Assembly: GCA_963753435.1 (NCBI GenBank)
Contig: CAVWCF010000001.1
Coordinates: 448,001-512,000 of the forward strand
Length of the DNA stretch: 64,000 bases
Direction: 5' to 3'
Source: an uncultured Actinomycetota bacterium
GTDB lineage: Bacteria; Actinomycetota; Actinomycetes; CAVWCF01
In this document: positions 10,492-23,875 of the stretch, in pieces
How the letters are laid out: every line of letters starts with the position of its first letter
Numbering within the stretch: the stretch's first letter is position 1
Program-made: the position numbers and the translations under genes
The notes under the pieces: model-generated
What the model saw: the letters and a program-made list of their open reading frames with translations, nothing else
Databases searched by the model: none
What the model was told of the DNA's origin: nothing

Positions 10492-12587
10492 TGGCCGACA
10501 CCACCCACGGCGGCACCAAGGAAGAAGTCGTCACCCAGTCCTTGCTCCGCTACGTGGACCTGCCCGACAAGGCAGGCACGGCCGCGCTGATCACCCTGGA
10601 CAACGGCCGCGATCACACCCGGCCGAGCACGTTCGGGCCGGGCGGTTTGGCATCGCTCAACGCAGCACTGGACGAGATCGACGCCCGCGATGACCTGGCC
10701 GCCGTTGCGGTGACGGGCAAGCCGTTCATCTTCGCAGTGGGTGCGGACCTGAACACGCTGGTGACCGATCCGACCTACGACGCCGTCTTGGCCGTCGGCC
10801 GGCTCGGGCACGACACCTTCCGACGGCTCGGCGAGATGTCCGTCCCCACGTTCGCGTTCATCAACGGCGCGGCGATGGGCGGTGGCCTGGAACTGCCGCT
10901 GCACTGCTCATATCGCACGATCTCCACTGGCGCGGCGGCCGTGTCGCTGCCGGAGTGCTTTCTGGGTCTCGTGCCCGGATGGGGTGGCGCCTGGCTGCTG
11001 CCGCACCTGATCGGTCCGGATGCCGCCGTCAAGGTGATCATCGACAACCCGCTGGCCACGAACCGTCAGCTCAAGCCCAAGCAGGTACTCGAGTTGGGCA
11101 TGGCCGATGCGATGTTCGAGCCGGCGGACTTCTTGGAGCAATCGCTGCGCTGGGCTGCGGGGGTTGTCAACGGAACCGTCGCCCCCAGCCGTCCCGAGGT
11201 GGACCGATCGCAAGCGGCCTGGGACGCGGCCGTTGCCCGCGGGCGGGCCACCGTTGAAGCCAAGTACCACGGCGCCGCCCCCGGACCCGTGCGCGCGCTG
11301 GACCTCATCGAAGCCGCCCGCACGGCCACCAAGGACGAGGGCTTCGCGGCAGAGGACCGGGCCCTGGCCGACTTGGTCATCGGCAACGAGTTGCGGGCTG
11401 GCCTGTACGCATTCGACCTGGTGCAGAAGCGGGCCAAGCGGCCCGTGGGAGCCCCGGACAAAGCGCTGGCCCGGCCGGTCACGAAGGTCGGGGTCGTCGG
11501 TGCCGGGTTGATGGCGAGCCAACTGGCCCTGCTGTTCGCGCGTCGGCTGCTCGTGCCGGTCGTGTTGACCGATGTGGACGCCGATCGGCTCGCTCGCGGA
11601 GTCGCTGAGGTCCACGCCCAGATTGACGGCCTGGCCGCCAAGGGGCGCGTCAACGGCGACCTGGCGAATCGACTCAAGGCCCTGGTAACCGGGTCGTTGG
11701 ACAAGGCCGCGTTCGCCGACGCCGACTTCGTCATCGAGGCGGTCTTTGAGGAGATGAAGGTCAAGCAGCAGGTCTTCGCCGAATTGGAGGCCATCGTCTC
11801 CCCGACCTGCGTGCTGGCAACGAACACGTCTTCGCTGTCGGTGTCGCAGATGGCGGAGAACCTGGAGCACCCCGAACGCGTCGTCGGGTTCCACTTCTTC
11901 AACCCGGTGGCGATCCTGCCGCTGCTGGAGGTGGTCCGCGGCCAGGCCACGGACGACGCTTCCCTGGCTACTGCCTTCGCGGTCGGCAAGCAGCTGAAGA
12001 AGTCCACCGTCCTCGTCAAGGACGCACCGGCATTCGTGGTCAACCGCTTGCTCACCCGGTTCCTCGGCGTTGTGATGGCCGCAGCCGACCGCGGCACGCC
12101 CATTGAAACCGCCGACCATGCCCTGGACCCGTTGGGCTTGCCAATGAGCCCGTTCAACCTGCTCGCCTTGGTCGGCCCGGCCGTGGCCTTGCACGTGGGG
12201 CGGACGATGCACGAGGAGTTCCCCGACCGGTTCGGTGTCAGTGACGGGCTCGCCGCGATGGTGTCCGCCGGCAAGACGGCGGTCTACGACTGGTCCTCCG
12301 GGTCCCCGGTCGTCGACCCGGAGGTGGCGTCCATGTTCAGCGGGGACTCCCCCATGTCTGCTGACGATGTCCGCGCCGAGGCCGAGCGAGCCCTCGCCGA
12401 GGAGATCCGCCTCATGCTCGATGAGGGCGTCGTGGCGGAAGCGCAAGACATCGACTTGTGCATGCTGCTGGGTGCGGGCTGGCCGTTCCATCTGGGCGGC
12501 ATCACGCCCTACCTGGACCGCAGTGGCGTGTCCGAGGCGGTCAACGGCAAGCGCTTCCTGCCACCGGGCGTCGCCACCGCGAACTGA
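10491..12587 (+). CDS. fadB: Fatty-acid oxidation multifunctional enzyme (enoyl-CoA hydratase/3-hydroxyacyl-CoA dehydrogenase)
   Basis: TGATG overlap with fadA; GGGLE, PECFLGLVPGWGG, GAGLMA, NTSSL and HFFNP motifs. Confidence 0.93.
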   Translation: MADTTHGGTKEEVVTQSLLRYVDLPDKAGTAALITLDNGRDHTRPSTFGPGGLASLNAALDEIDARDDLAAVAVTGKPFIFAVGADLNTLVTDPTYDAVLAVGRLGHDTFRRLGEMSVPTFAFINGAAMGGGLELPLHCSYRTISTGAAAVSLPECFLGLVPGWGGAWLLPHLIGPDAAVKVIIDNPLATNRQLKPKQVLELGMADAMFEPADFLEQSLRWAAGVVNGTVAPSRPEVDRSQAAWDAAVARGRATVEAKYHGAAPGPVRALDLIEAARTATKDEGFAAEDRALADLVIGNELRAGLYAFDLVQKRAKRPVGAPDKALARPVTKVGVVGAGLMASQLALLFARRLLVPVVLTDVDADRLARGVAEVHAQIDGLAAKGRVNGDLANRLKALVTGSLDKAAFADADFVIEAVFEEMKVKQQVFAELEAIVSPTCVLATNTSSLSVSQMAENLEHPERVVGFHFFNPVAILPLLEVVRGQATDDASLATAFAVGKQLKKSTVLVKDAPAFVVNRLLTRFLGVVMAAADRGTPIETADHALDPLGLPMSPFNLLALVGPAVALHVGRTMHEEFPDRFGVSDGLAAMVSAGKTAVYDWSSGSPVVDPEVASMFSGDSPMSADDVRAEAERALAEEIRLMLDEGVVAEAQDIDLCMLLGAGWPFHLGGITPYLDRSGVSEAVNGKRFLPPGVATAN

Positions 12588-12590
12588 CGG

Positions 12591-13877
12591 TCAGGTACGC
12601 AACCAACTGCGGAAGTCGGTGAGCAGTTCCGGCTCGCTGACGCCGAGCACTTCGGCGAACGCCTGTTTCTGCTGTGCCCCGGTATCGGACTTGTCGCTGA
12701 TTCGTGCCAGGCGGACAAAGAGTTCGTTGAGCGCGCCCTCGCCGAAACGCTCGGCCACGTAGCGGTTGGCCTGCCAGGAGATCGTGTAGTTGAGTGTTTG
12801 CGGTCCGAGGAAGAAGCGACCGTCGCCAGGTAACCGGGAGGGGAATCCGGGGTCCCCCAGCGCCCGCTCGAAGTCGGCATCGACTCGTCGCGCTTCGGGG
12901 CGGTCGCGGTAGGCGACCCATTCCGCGTAGCCCTCCACCACCCACCGCGGCGCTTCCTCGGTGACCAGAGCGTGCGTGGCCGCGTGCGTGGCCTCGTGCA
13001 CGAAGACCCGATCGAAGGTCGGGTCTGTCACCGGCAGTGTCGTCTGGTTCCAGACGATTCGGGACCCGGTCGGTGACCCACCCGCCCCTTCATCGAGCCA
13101 TTCCTCAACGTCAGCGAAGGTGGGCACTGCCGCGGCCTTGACCCACTCCAGCCGCTGGCCGGCCGTGGGGTCCAGATAGGTAGTCAGGGACTGCGAGTCG
13201 GACGTTGCGTAGATGACGAGCCCCGGGGCGGCCGCGGCCGGAACCACGGCGCGTACCTCTGCAAGCGCCGACTCGGCGGTGGACACCAGCCGGTCCGAGC
13301 GCTGGTCGCCGACGTCGGTGAGCACCAGGACGGACCCGCGGCGATGCACCTCGACCGGCACCCGCAGCCACGGCTCGGCCTCAGCACCGGCGGGGATTCG
13401 GTCTACCGCGTCAGCCTCAGACGCCAGGCGCCACGTTCCCCCGCGAAGTACGAACGTTGGCGCCATCGGTCGGGCCACGTTGCCGGCGTCGATGCCATCC
13501 AGCCGGTACCGGAACACAACCGCGGGGGTGAAGGTCGGCGCTCCGTAGCGGGCCTCGGCTTCGGGCAGATCCAACGCAACCGGTCGCAACTCGTAGCCGA
13601 TGGCGGCCGGGCGCAACTGCTGCAGGTTGTCCCAGACGGCCTCCTGCTGGGCGCGAAACTCCTGCGCGCGTGGATCCAGATCGGCCAACCACAGTTCGCG
13701 GTCGCCCCGGACGACCGCATCGGTGCGGCGTTGCAGGATCTCCTGCGCGGCAGCGAACTTGGCCTCGTCGGAGACCAGGCGTGGGTCCGGTGGAGCGCCC
13801 TGAACGCTCACGCCCGTCACCAAACCGGCAAGCAGCAGTCCGCCCAGGACTGTCCCTGCCACCAGCGTTCGACGCAT
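12591..13877 (-). CDS. Secreted protein with gluzincin (HExxH...E) metallopeptidase-like domain
   Basis: Signal peptide MRRTLVAGTVLGGLLLAG; HEATH followed by PRWVVEGYAEWV. Confidence 0.7.
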   Translation of the reverse strand: MRRTLVAGTVLGGLLLAGLVTGVSVQGAPPDPRLVSDEAKFAAAQEILQRRTDAVVRGDRELWLADLDPRAQEFRAQQEAVWDNLQQLRPAAIGYELRPVALDLPEAEARYGAPTFTPAVVFRYRLDGIDAGNVARPMAPTFVLRGGTWRLASEADAVDRIPAGAEAEPWLRVPVEVHRRGSVLVLTDVGDQRSDRLVSTAESALAEVRAVVPAAAAPGLVIYATSDSQSLTTYLDPTAGQRLEWVKAAAVPTFADVEEWLDEGAGGSPTGSRIVWNQTTLPVTDPTFDRVFVHEATHAATHALVTEEAPRWVVEGYAEWVAYRDRPEARRVDADFERALGDPGFPSRLPGDGRFFLGPQTLNYTISWQANRYVAERFGEGALNELFVRLARISDKSDTGAQQKQAFAEVLGVSEPELLTDFRSWLRT

Positions 13878-14005
13878 CCGTACCCCCGAAGGGTGAAGTG
13901 TGCCTGACCAGGGGTGACGCACAGTCACGGCACAGCAACTCTTGGCTACTGATAGTCACTCCTCCGGTGGACGAATCCGCCAGCCTGCGGACTTAACGTG
14001 CCCTT

Positions 14006-14839
14006 ATGGCAGTCCCGCACGAAACAACCCTGCGGCAGGCAGTGCTGGCTGCGATCGTGCTGCACGACCTGGACGCAGTTCCCGAGGACGGCGGGGTTCT
14101 GCTTTGCGGGTCCCGGTTGGTGCCGTGGACTCATGTCGCCCACGCGAGCCTGGGCTGCCCCGCGGGGTCTGCCGCCGAACGGGCCAAGATCGGCCGGTTT
14201 CTGGTCCAGGCAACGGCGATGGCCGGCTGGTCCGACCACGAGATCACAGTGCGGCTACGCCCGCTCGGGCTACCGAGCAACCATCTGCTGCACCCCGGTG
14301 CAGCCTGGGTACGTGAGTCCGTGCTCGGCGGCAGTCTGGACCTGGGCTTCGGCGTGCTGGGGGCGTTCGCAGACCCCGATGAGGTCTCCGTGCTGCTGCC
14401 CGGGGTACTGGCCGCATTCGGGCTGCAGATCGAGCCGTGGTGGGGTCGCGCCCGGACCTATCTGGAGGAGATGGGGGCGATCGCTGCCACCCGCCTACGC
14501 CGCGACCCCGATGGCCCGTTGCGCCCGATGGGCGACTGCGATGTTGTGACGCTGCTGGCCTCAGCCGTGCTGCGCGCCGCGATGGTCGGCTCGCAAGGGA
14601 TTCGGACGGCCGCGGTGCCGATGCGGCGGCGCGGCTGGCTGGACCTGAGCCGTACCGATCCTGCCTTCGCGTTGGCTGCCTACGCCGCGGCGGACGACCT
14701 CGACCGGGGCTTCCCCAGGCCCCTGTTGCTCAGCATCGACGAGGTGGTCCTGGCCAAGGCGGGTGGGGACGTCCTCAAGCAGGTGCTCCGTGAACCTGTT
14801 GCTCCCGACCCCCAGCCATTGACGGTTCCGTACCGCTGA
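14006..14839 (+). CDS. Hypothetical protein
   Basis: 277-aa ORF with normal composition that fills the gap; no family recognised. Confidence 0.75.
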   Translation: MAVPHETTLRQAVLAAIVLHDLDAVPEDGGVLLCGSRLVPWTHVAHASLGCPAGSAAERAKIGRFLVQATAMAGWSDHEITVRLRPLGLPSNHLLHPGAAWVRESVLGGSLDLGFGVLGAFADPDEVSVLLPGVLAAFGLQIEPWWGRARTYLEEMGAIAATRLRRDPDGPLRPMGDCDVVTLLASAVLRAAMVGSQGIRTAAVPMRRRGWLDLSRTDPAFALAAYAAADDLDRGFPRPLLLSIDEVVLAKAGGDVLKQVLREPVAPDPQPLTVPYR

Positions 14840-14853
14840 CTTCGCAAGTCTCC

Positions 14854-16773
14854 CTAAGGCCGGGAGTCGCGGACGGGCGCTGCGGACTCGGCGGCGGCAG
14901 GTTCATCGTCCAGCTTGGCCATCCGCTCGATGACGGATCTGCTGATCTGCTGCGGGGTCAACCCCATCCGCTCCAGCAACTCTCCTCGCGAGGCGTGCTC
15001 CAGGAAGCGCTGTTCGATGCCGAACGTGGCTACCGGCACCTGCAGGTCGGCGTCCGCCAACTCCGACCTGATTCGGCTGCCGACGCCACCCACGATGCCG
15101 TTGTCCTCGATGACCACCACCAGCCGATGCCGGGCCGCCTCGGCCAGCAGGACGTCATCGACCGGGATGACCCACCGGGGGTCGACCACGGTCACGCCCA
15201 GCCCCTGGTCGTGCAGGCGGTGACCGACCGCGACGCCAACCCCGGCCATGGAGCCGATCGCCACGACCAGGACATCCGGCCTTCCGTCGCGCAACAGCAC
15301 GTCACCGGAGCCGAGCCGATCGATGGCTGGGATCGCGGGCGGAACATCGCCCTTGGGGAAGCGCAGGACCGTGGGCGCGTCATCGACGGCGACCGCCTCC
15401 CGCAACTCCACGCGCATGGTGTCGGCGTCGCGGGGCGCCGCGATTCGAATCCCCGGGACCACCTGCAGCACCGACAGGTCCCACATGCCGTTGTGACTGG
15501 CCCCGTCACTGCCGGTTACCCCAGCGCGGTCCAGGACGAAGGTGACCCCGGCCTGGTGCATCGCAACGTCCATCAGCACCTGGTCGAAGGCCCGGTTCAG
15601 GAACGTCGCGTAGACGGCCACCACCGGGTGCAGGCCGCCATAGGCGAGACCGGCGGCGCTGGTGACCGCATGCTGCTCGGCGATGCCCACGTCGAACACG
15701 CGCTCGGGGAACCGCTGCGCGAACTGCTCCAGCCCCACGGGGTGCAACATCGCGGCGGTGATACCGACGATCCGCGGATCGTCGGCTGCCAGGCGGACGA
15801 TCTCGTCGGAGAAGGCCGCAGTCCACGCCAATCCGGTCGTTGGTGCGGCCCTGCCGGTCGCGGCGTCCACCGGACCGATCCCGTGGAAGTGGTCGGACTC
15901 ATCCAACTCCGCCGGCCGATACCCACGACCTTTCTGCGTCAGCACATGCACCAGAACCGGCCCGTTGAACTCCCGGGCCTGTTGCAGCGCCCGCTCGACT
16001 GTTTCGACGTCGTGCCCATCGATCGGACCGAGGTACTTCAACCCCAAGTCTTCGAACATGCCCTGTGGGGCCACGATGTCCTTGAGGCCCTTCTTCATGC
16101 CGTGCAGCGTCTCGTACAGCGGCGCGCCCACGACCGGAGTTCGGTTGAGCACGTCCTTGCCCCACTCCAGGAAGCGTTCGTAGCCCCCTGTGGTCCGCAG
16201 GGTGCTCAAATGGCTGGCCAAGCCACCCACGGTCGGTGTGTAGGAGCGGCCGTTGTCGTTGACCACGATTACCACCGGCCGGTCCTTGGCCGCTGCGATG
16301 TTGTTGAGCGCCTCCCAAGCCATTCCGCCGGTCAGCGCTCCGTCACCGATGACCGCCACGACGGCACGGTCGGTTTGGCCCGTCAACTGGCGCGCCTTTG
16401 CCAACCCGTCGGCGTACGACAGCGCCGTGGATGCGTGGGAGTTCTCCACCACGTCGTGCTCGGACTCGGCGCGGGACGGGTAGCCAGACAGGCCCCCGGA
16501 CTGGCGCAGTCGCTCGAAACCGGCCTGGCGGCCGGTCAGGATCTTGTGCACGTACGCCTGATGGCCCGTGTCCCAGATGAGGGTGTCTCGGGGGGAGTCG
16601 AACACACGGTGCAACGCCAGGGTCAGTTCAACGGCACCGAGGTTCGGGCCGAGGTGGCCTCCGGTGCGGGTCACCTGCGCGATCAGGAATGAACGGATCT
16701 CCTCCGCCAGGAGGCGACACTCCGCTGCCGACAGCGCCCGGACGTCGGCAGGCGAAGAGATTCGCTCGAGCAA
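14854..16773 (-). CDS. dxs: 1-deoxy-D-xylulose-5-phosphate synthase
   Basis: [38 protein letters not shown] and DRAG; SD GGAGG before TTG 16773. Confidence 0.97.
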   Translation of the reverse strand: MLERISSPADVRALSAAECRLLAEEIRSFLIAQVTRTGGHLGPNLGAVELTLALHRVFDSPRDTLIWDTGHQAYVHKILTGRQAGFERLRQSGGLSGYPSRAESEHDVVENSHASTALSYADGLAKARQLTGQTDRAVVAVIGDGALTGGMAWEALNNIAAAKDRPVVIVVNDNGRSYTPTVGGLASHLSTLRTTGGYERFLEWGKDVLNRTPVVGAPLYETLHGMKKGLKDIVAPQGMFEDLGLKYLGPIDGHDVETVERALQQAREFNGPVLVHVLTQKGRGYRPAELDESDHFHGIGPVDAATGRAAPTTGLAWTAAFSDEIVRLAADDPRIVGITAAMLHPVGLEQFAQRFPERVFDVGIAEQHAVTSAAGLAYGGLHPVVAVYATFLNRAFDQVLMDVAMHQAGVTFVLDRAGVTGSDGASHNGMWDLSVLQVVPGIRIAAPRDADTMRVELREAVAVDDAPTVLRFPKGDVPPAIPAIDRLGSGDVLLRDGRPDVLVVAIGSMAGVGVAVGHRLHDQGLGVTVVDPRWVIPVDDVLLAEAARHRLVVVIEDNGIVGGVGSRIRSELADADLQVPVATFGIEQRFLEHASRGELLERMGLTPQQISRSVIERMAKLDDEPAAAESAAPVRDSRP

Positions 16774-16862
16774 CAGTCCACCTCCGGCAACAGGTGGGAA
16801 CACTCTACGGACCGCAGGGGCGAATCGCCTCGCCCAACGGGCGATACCGCCTCAGCCGACCA

Positions 16863-17234
16863 CTACAGGCGAGCCCGGAACTGCCGCCCCTGAAGCGCCT
16901 GGTCCACCAGCTCGACCGCACGCTGCAGCGCCGCCAGGCGGGCGCCTTCGCGTTCGTAGGCGACGAGCACCCGATCGATCGCTTCGGTCGGGAGCAGATC
17001 GCGCAGCGTCGCCCGCGCCGATGCGTAGCCGCGTCGCGCCGCGGCAAGCTCGGCGTCGACGTGGTGAACGGCCAGCCGCGACAGGGCGACCGGATAGGCC
17101 CGTAGCACCTCGTAGGACCGGTATTCCGGCGGACACTGATCGAGCAGCCACTTGACCGCGCCGTCAGTCCAGTCCGCCGCTCCTGGCGGCGGTACGGACG
17201 CCGGCCAACCGGGCGGCGCCGGACTGGACGCCAC
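16863..17234 (-). CDS. Actinobacterial hypothetical protein
   Basis: PPGWP..VPPP...W.....WLLDQCPPEYR pattern; lies just downstream of acnA. Confidence 0.75.
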   Translation of the reverse strand: MASSPAPPGWPASVPPPGAADWTDGAVKWLLDQCPPEYRSYEVLRAYPVALSRLAVHHVDAELAAARRGYASARATLRDLLPTEAIDRVLVAYEREGARLAALQRAVELVDQALQGRQFRARL

Positions 17235-17240
17235 CGTGCC

Positions 17241-19901
<2,661 letters not shown>

Positions 19902-19971
19902 GCTTCCTCCTTGAGTCTGGTTCATCCTGCCGTCCCGCCCCGGATCAGCCGCCGGTGGGTCAGTGGGAATT

Positions 19972-19989
19972 TATCTTGACGTCAAGATA
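19972..19989. promoter_or_regulatory. Perfect 18-bp palindrome, probable MarR/UrtR (TamR-like) operator upstream of acnA
   Basis: TATCTTGAC|GTCAAGATA, AT-rich in a high-GC background, about 70 bp upstream of the acnA start. Confidence 0.75.
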
Positions 19990-19992
19990 CTA

Positions 19993-21183
19993 CTACGACG
20001 CTCGATCGAACCAGGCAACTGCCTCGACGTGATGGGTCATGGGGAAGGCGTCGAAGCCCCTTAGCCCGGCGAGGCGCCAGCCGTGCTCCAGGAGCACCGC
20101 GGTGTCCCGGGCCAGCGCCGCGGGATCGCAGGCCACGTAGACGATGCGGCGCCGCGTCCGCTCCGCGATCTGCGCGATCGTTTTCAACCCGGCGCCACTA
20201 CGCGGCGGGTCGAGGACGCACACGTCGAACGATTCATCCGTCCCCCGCAGCCAGTCCCCGACGCTGGCGCAGTGCAGGCGCGCCTGGGGCAGGTCGTGCA
20301 GGTTTCGCTTTGCGTCCCTCACCGCTCGCGCGGCCGACTCCACCACATCGACACGACCGCTGGTACCGGTCGCTTCGGCCAGGAAGGCGGCGAACAACCC
20401 GACCCCCGCGTAGAGATCCACGACCCGCTCCCCGGGAGCGATGTCCGCAGCGGCGCTGACCGCCTCGGCCAAGACCCCGGCCGCGGCCGGGTGGACCTGC
20501 CAGAAACCAAGGCCATGGACGCGGAACGTGCGCTCCCCCACGAGCTCCTGGATGCGGCTGGGACCGATTGCCGGCTCGCCATCGACTGCGACCGAAACCT
20601 CGCCCGTCGCGACAGATGCGGCCGCTTCGACACTGTGCGCACCCGGCCAAGGCCGCGTAAGGGCCCCGCTTTCGCGCAGCAGCGGGTGGGCCAGCAGACA
20701 CTCCGGGGTGGCGATGACCTCATCGCTGCGATGTCGATGCAACCCAGCGGCGCCCTCGGCAGTGACGGCCAACCGCATGCGCGTGCGCCAGCCGAGCCCG
20801 TCGCCGTCAGGCAGTTCCTCCACCGCCACCTCGACGTCCAGTCCGGCCAACCGGGCCATCTGCTCGGCCAGGACAGCGCCCTTGTACCGACGTTGCGCCG
20901 GCAACGATGCGTGCTGGAAGTCGCAACCTCCGCAGCCGCCGGGGCGAGCCAAGGGGCATGGCGGGACAACGCGGTCCGCCGATGGGGTGAGCACCGCGAT
21001 CGCATCCGCGCGCAGGAACCGTCCGCGGGAACCGATACTGCTGACGCGGGCGGTGACCGTTTCGCCGGGCAGGCCGTGTCGGACGAAGAGCACGCGGCCG
21101 TCGACCCGCCCAACCACGTGCCCGCCGTGCGCGACTCGATCCAAGGTGACGTCGACAGTGTCGCCGACTTCGAGCTCAGTCAT
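19993..21183 (-). CDS. TRAM-domain class I SAM-dependent RNA m5U methyltransferase (TrmA/RlmD family)
   Basis: TRAM start, CGGCDFQH, DLYAGVG, LDPPRSG, YVACDP and FPMTHHVE. Confidence 0.92.
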   Translation of the reverse strand: MTELEVGDTVDVTLDRVAHGGHVVGRVDGRVLFVRHGLPGETVTARVSSIGSRGRFLRADAIAVLTPSADRVVPPCPLARPGGCGGCDFQHASLPAQRRYKGAVLAEQMARLAGLDVEVAVEELPDGDGLGWRTRMRLAVTAEGAAGLHRHRSDEVIATPECLLAHPLLRESGALTRPWPGAHSVEAAASVATGEVSVAVDGEPAIGPSRIQELVGERTFRVHGLGFWQVHPAAAGVLAEAVSAAADIAPGERVVDLYAGVGLFAAFLAEATGTSGRVDVVESAARAVRDAKRNLHDLPQARLHCASVGDWLRGTDESFDVCVLDPPRSGAGLKTIAQIAERTRRRIVYVACDPAALARDTAVLLEHGWRLAGLRGFDAFPMTHHVEAVAWFDRAS

Positions 21184-23167
21184 CCTCGGCGCCGGCGCGG
21201 CGGACCAACTCCGCCGCGAAGGGTTCGGGCGCGGGGCGATCGGCGTCCTCAGCCGACGCAAGTTGCCAGGGCACGCTGGTCATTAGGACGCCGGGAGTGA
21301 ACAGCAATCGAGCCTTGATACGTAGCGCGCTTTGGTTGTGCAGCAACTGCTCCCACCAACGCCCGACCACGTACTCGGGCACGTAGACGACAACGAGGTC
21401 GCGCGGACTTTCCCTGCGGATCCGCTTGACGTAGTCCACGGCTGGCTTGGTGACTTCGCGGTACGGCGAATGCAGCACCCGCAGTGGCACGGGTATCCGC
21501 CGTCGTTCCCAGTCGCGCAACAAGACGTCGGTGTCCTCGGGGTCGACCGCAACCGTGACCGCCTCCAGGGTGTCCGGCCTCGCGGCTCGGGCGAAGGACA
21601 ACGCCCGCAGCGTGGGCCGGTGCAGGGACGAGACGAGGACTACCCCGTGGACGCGTGGTGGCAGCGCCGTGGTCTCGTCGGCATCGGCGAGGAGTTCCCG
21701 CGACACCGATTGGTAGTGGCGGTTGATGGCGCGCATTAGCAGCACCAGCAGCGGGATGGCCACCACCACGATCCAGCCACCCCTGGAGAACTTGCTGATC
21801 AGGGCCACAACGAGCACAGCCCCGGTCGCGGCGCAGCCGATCGTGTTGATGGCGCGTGCCCGGCGCATGCGGGCTCTGGCAGCTGCATCCCGCTCGTTGC
21901 GCAGCAGCCGGGTCCAGTGCCTCGTCATTCCAAACTGACTGAGCGTGAACGCCAGGAAGACGCCGATCACGTACAACTGGATGAGTGCGGTGACCCGCGC
22001 CTCGAAAGCGACTACCAGGGCTGCGGCCCCCAATGACAGCAACACGATGCCGTTGCTGAAGGCCAGCCGGTCTCCACGAGTGTGCAGCTGCCGGGGCAGC
22101 AGCCGGTCCCGTGCCAGGATCGACCCGAGTACGGGGAACCCGTTGAAGGCGGTGTTGGCCGCGAGTACCAGAATTGCCGCAGTCGCACCTGCTATGAACC
22201 AGTAGCCCAACTCGAAGTTGCCGAAGACCGCCGCGGCAACCTGTGTGATGACGGTCTTCTGCTCCTCGCCCGCCGGCAGCCCGATCAGGTTCTCGCTGTT
22301 CTCAGCAACCTTCACGTCGGTTATCAGCGCGAGCGCCGTGACCGACAGGAACAGCGTGATCGCGACCGCGCCCAGCAGCGCCAACGTTCGTGCCGCGTTC
22401 TTGGACTTGGGTGATCGGAAGGCCGGAACCCCGTTGCTGATGGCTTCGACCCCGGTCAGCGCAGTGGCACCGGATGCGAACGCCCGCATGAGCAGCAGCA
22501 CCAGCGCGACACCCGTCAGGGACTCCGCCTCCGGCACGATCGTGTACCCAGCTGACTCCGCCTGCAGACTCGCTCCACCGGCCAGCCGGACCAGAGCCCA
22601 CGTGATCATCACGAACATGCCGCCGATGAACAGGTAGGTGGGGATCGCGAACGCGGTCCCGGACTCCTTGACCCCACGCAGGTTCAGCATCGTCATTGCC
22701 GCGATGAGGATCACCGCCATCAGGACCTGGTGCTGGGCCGACCATGGCAAGACCGAACCCAGGTTCGCCACCGCCGCGGAAATCGACACCGCAACCGTCA
22801 AGACGTAGTCGACCAGTAGCGCCGCGGCTGTCACCAGCCCCGCCCTGGCCCCAAGGTTCGTTGTTACGACCTCGTAGTCACCGCCACCGGACGGGTAGGC
22901 ATGCACGGTCTGCCGATAGGACGCGATCACGATCACCATGAGCACCGCGACGCATACCGCCAACCAGGGGGCATAACCGAAGAACGCCAGGCCGCCAAGG
23001 GAAAGGACGATCAGGATCTCTTGCGTCGCGTAGGAAACGCTGGAGAGCGCATCGCTGGCGAAGACCGGCAGCGCGATGCGGACCGGTAGCAGTTTCTCGC
23101 CAAGTCGCTCCGACTCCTGGGGGCGACCGATTACCAAGCGCTTGACCGAATCGGCAACCTCTGGCAC
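21176..23167 (-). CDS. APC-family permease, KimA-like K+ transporter
   Basis: ASDALSSVSYATQE, YPSGGG, LTGVEAISNG and LHNQSA; divergent from the trkA pair; the track ORF is over-extended at its 5' end. Confidence 0.88.
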   Translation of the reverse strand: MPEVADSVKRLVIGRPQESERLGEKLLPVRIALPVFASDALSSVSYATQEILIVLSLGGLAFFGYAPWLAVCVAVLMVIVIASYRQTVHAYPSGGGDYEVVTTNLGARAGLVTAAALLVDYVLTVAVSISAAVANLGSVLPWSAQHQVLMAVILIAAMTMLNLRGVKESGTAFAIPTYLFIGGMFVMITWALVRLAGGASLQAESAGYTIVPEAESLTGVALVLLLMRAFASGATALTGVEAISNGVPAFRSPKSKNAARTLALLGAVAITLFLSVTALALITDVKVAENSENLIGLPAGEEQKTVITQVAAAVFGNFELGYWFIAGATAAILVLAANTAFNGFPVLGSILARDRLLPRQLHTRGDRLAFSNGIVLLSLGAAALVVAFEARVTALIQLYVIGVFLAFTLSQFGMTRHWTRLLRNERDAAARARMRRARAINTIGCAATGAVLVVALISKFSRGGWIVVVAIPLLVLLMRAINRHYQSVSRELLADADETTALPPRVHGVVLVSSLHRPTLRALSFARAARPDTLEAVTVAVDPEDTDVLLRDWERRRIPVPLRVLHSPYREVTKPAVDYVKRIRRESPRDLVVVYVPEYVVGRWWEQLLHNQSALRIKARLLFTPGVLMTSVPWQLASAEDADRPAPEPFAAELVRRAGAEDD

Positions 23168-23209
23168 GGGGGGAACGGTAGACCCGCCGGACCGGTAGCG
23201 TGTGCTGCC

Positions 23210-23875
23210 GTGCACGCGGTAATCATGGGATGCGGACGTGTCGGCTCCACCCTCGCTCACAATTTCGAGGAGTTGGGCCACACCGTCGCGGTCGTCGACC
23301 AGGACCCCAAGTCGTTCCGACGGCTGTCCAGCGACTTCGCCGGCCGCACTGTGACCGGTATCGGCTTCGATCAGGGCACGCTCTTGGAGGCCGGCATCGA
23401 AGAGGCCGGGGCGTTCGCCGCTGTCAGCAGCGGCGACAACTCCAACATCGTGGCCGCGCGTGTCGCGCGTGAGGTCTACCAGGTGCCCTACGTGGCTGCA
23501 CGCATCTATGACCCCGGCCGGGCCGAGATCTACTCCAGGCTCGGCATCCCGACCGTGGGCACGGTTCGGTGGACTGCCGACCAGATGCTGCGCAGGCTGC
23601 TTCCGGAAGGCAGCCGCACGGACTGGGTGGACGGCACCGGGACGGTCCGGCTGGCCCAGGTGGCGGTGAACCCTGGTTGGGCTGGGGTTTCCATCGAGCG
23701 GGTGGAGCGCGCCACCGGCGTGCGCGCGGCCTTCATCGATCGCTTCGGCGAAGGCGTGCTGCCGACCACAAGCACACTGCTGCAGGACGGAGACGTCCTG
23801 CACGTGCTCATGCACCCAGGTGACACCCGCCAGGTGGAACGGACCCTGGCCGAACCCCCGCAGAAGGGTCGCTGA
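23210..23875 (+). CDS. trkA: TrkA-family potassium uptake RCK protein (CeoB-like)
   Basis: GCGRVG Rossmann motif, GDNSN and ARIYDP. Confidence 0.92.
   Translation: MHAVIMGCGRVGSTLAHNFEELGHTVAVVDQDPKSFRRLSSDFAGRTVTGIGFDQGTLLEAGIEEAGAFAAVSSGDNSNIVAARVAREVYQVPYVAARIYDPGRAEIYSRLGIPTVGTVRWTADQMLRRLLPEGSRTDWVDGTGTVRLAQVAVNPGWAGVSIERVERATGVRAAFIDRFGEGVLPTTSTLLQDGDVLHVLMHPGDTRQVERTLAEPPQKGR

Noticed and set aside
23168-23209. c-di-AMP riboswitch before the KimA-like or trkA genes
   Set aside because: The intergenic gap is only 42 bp
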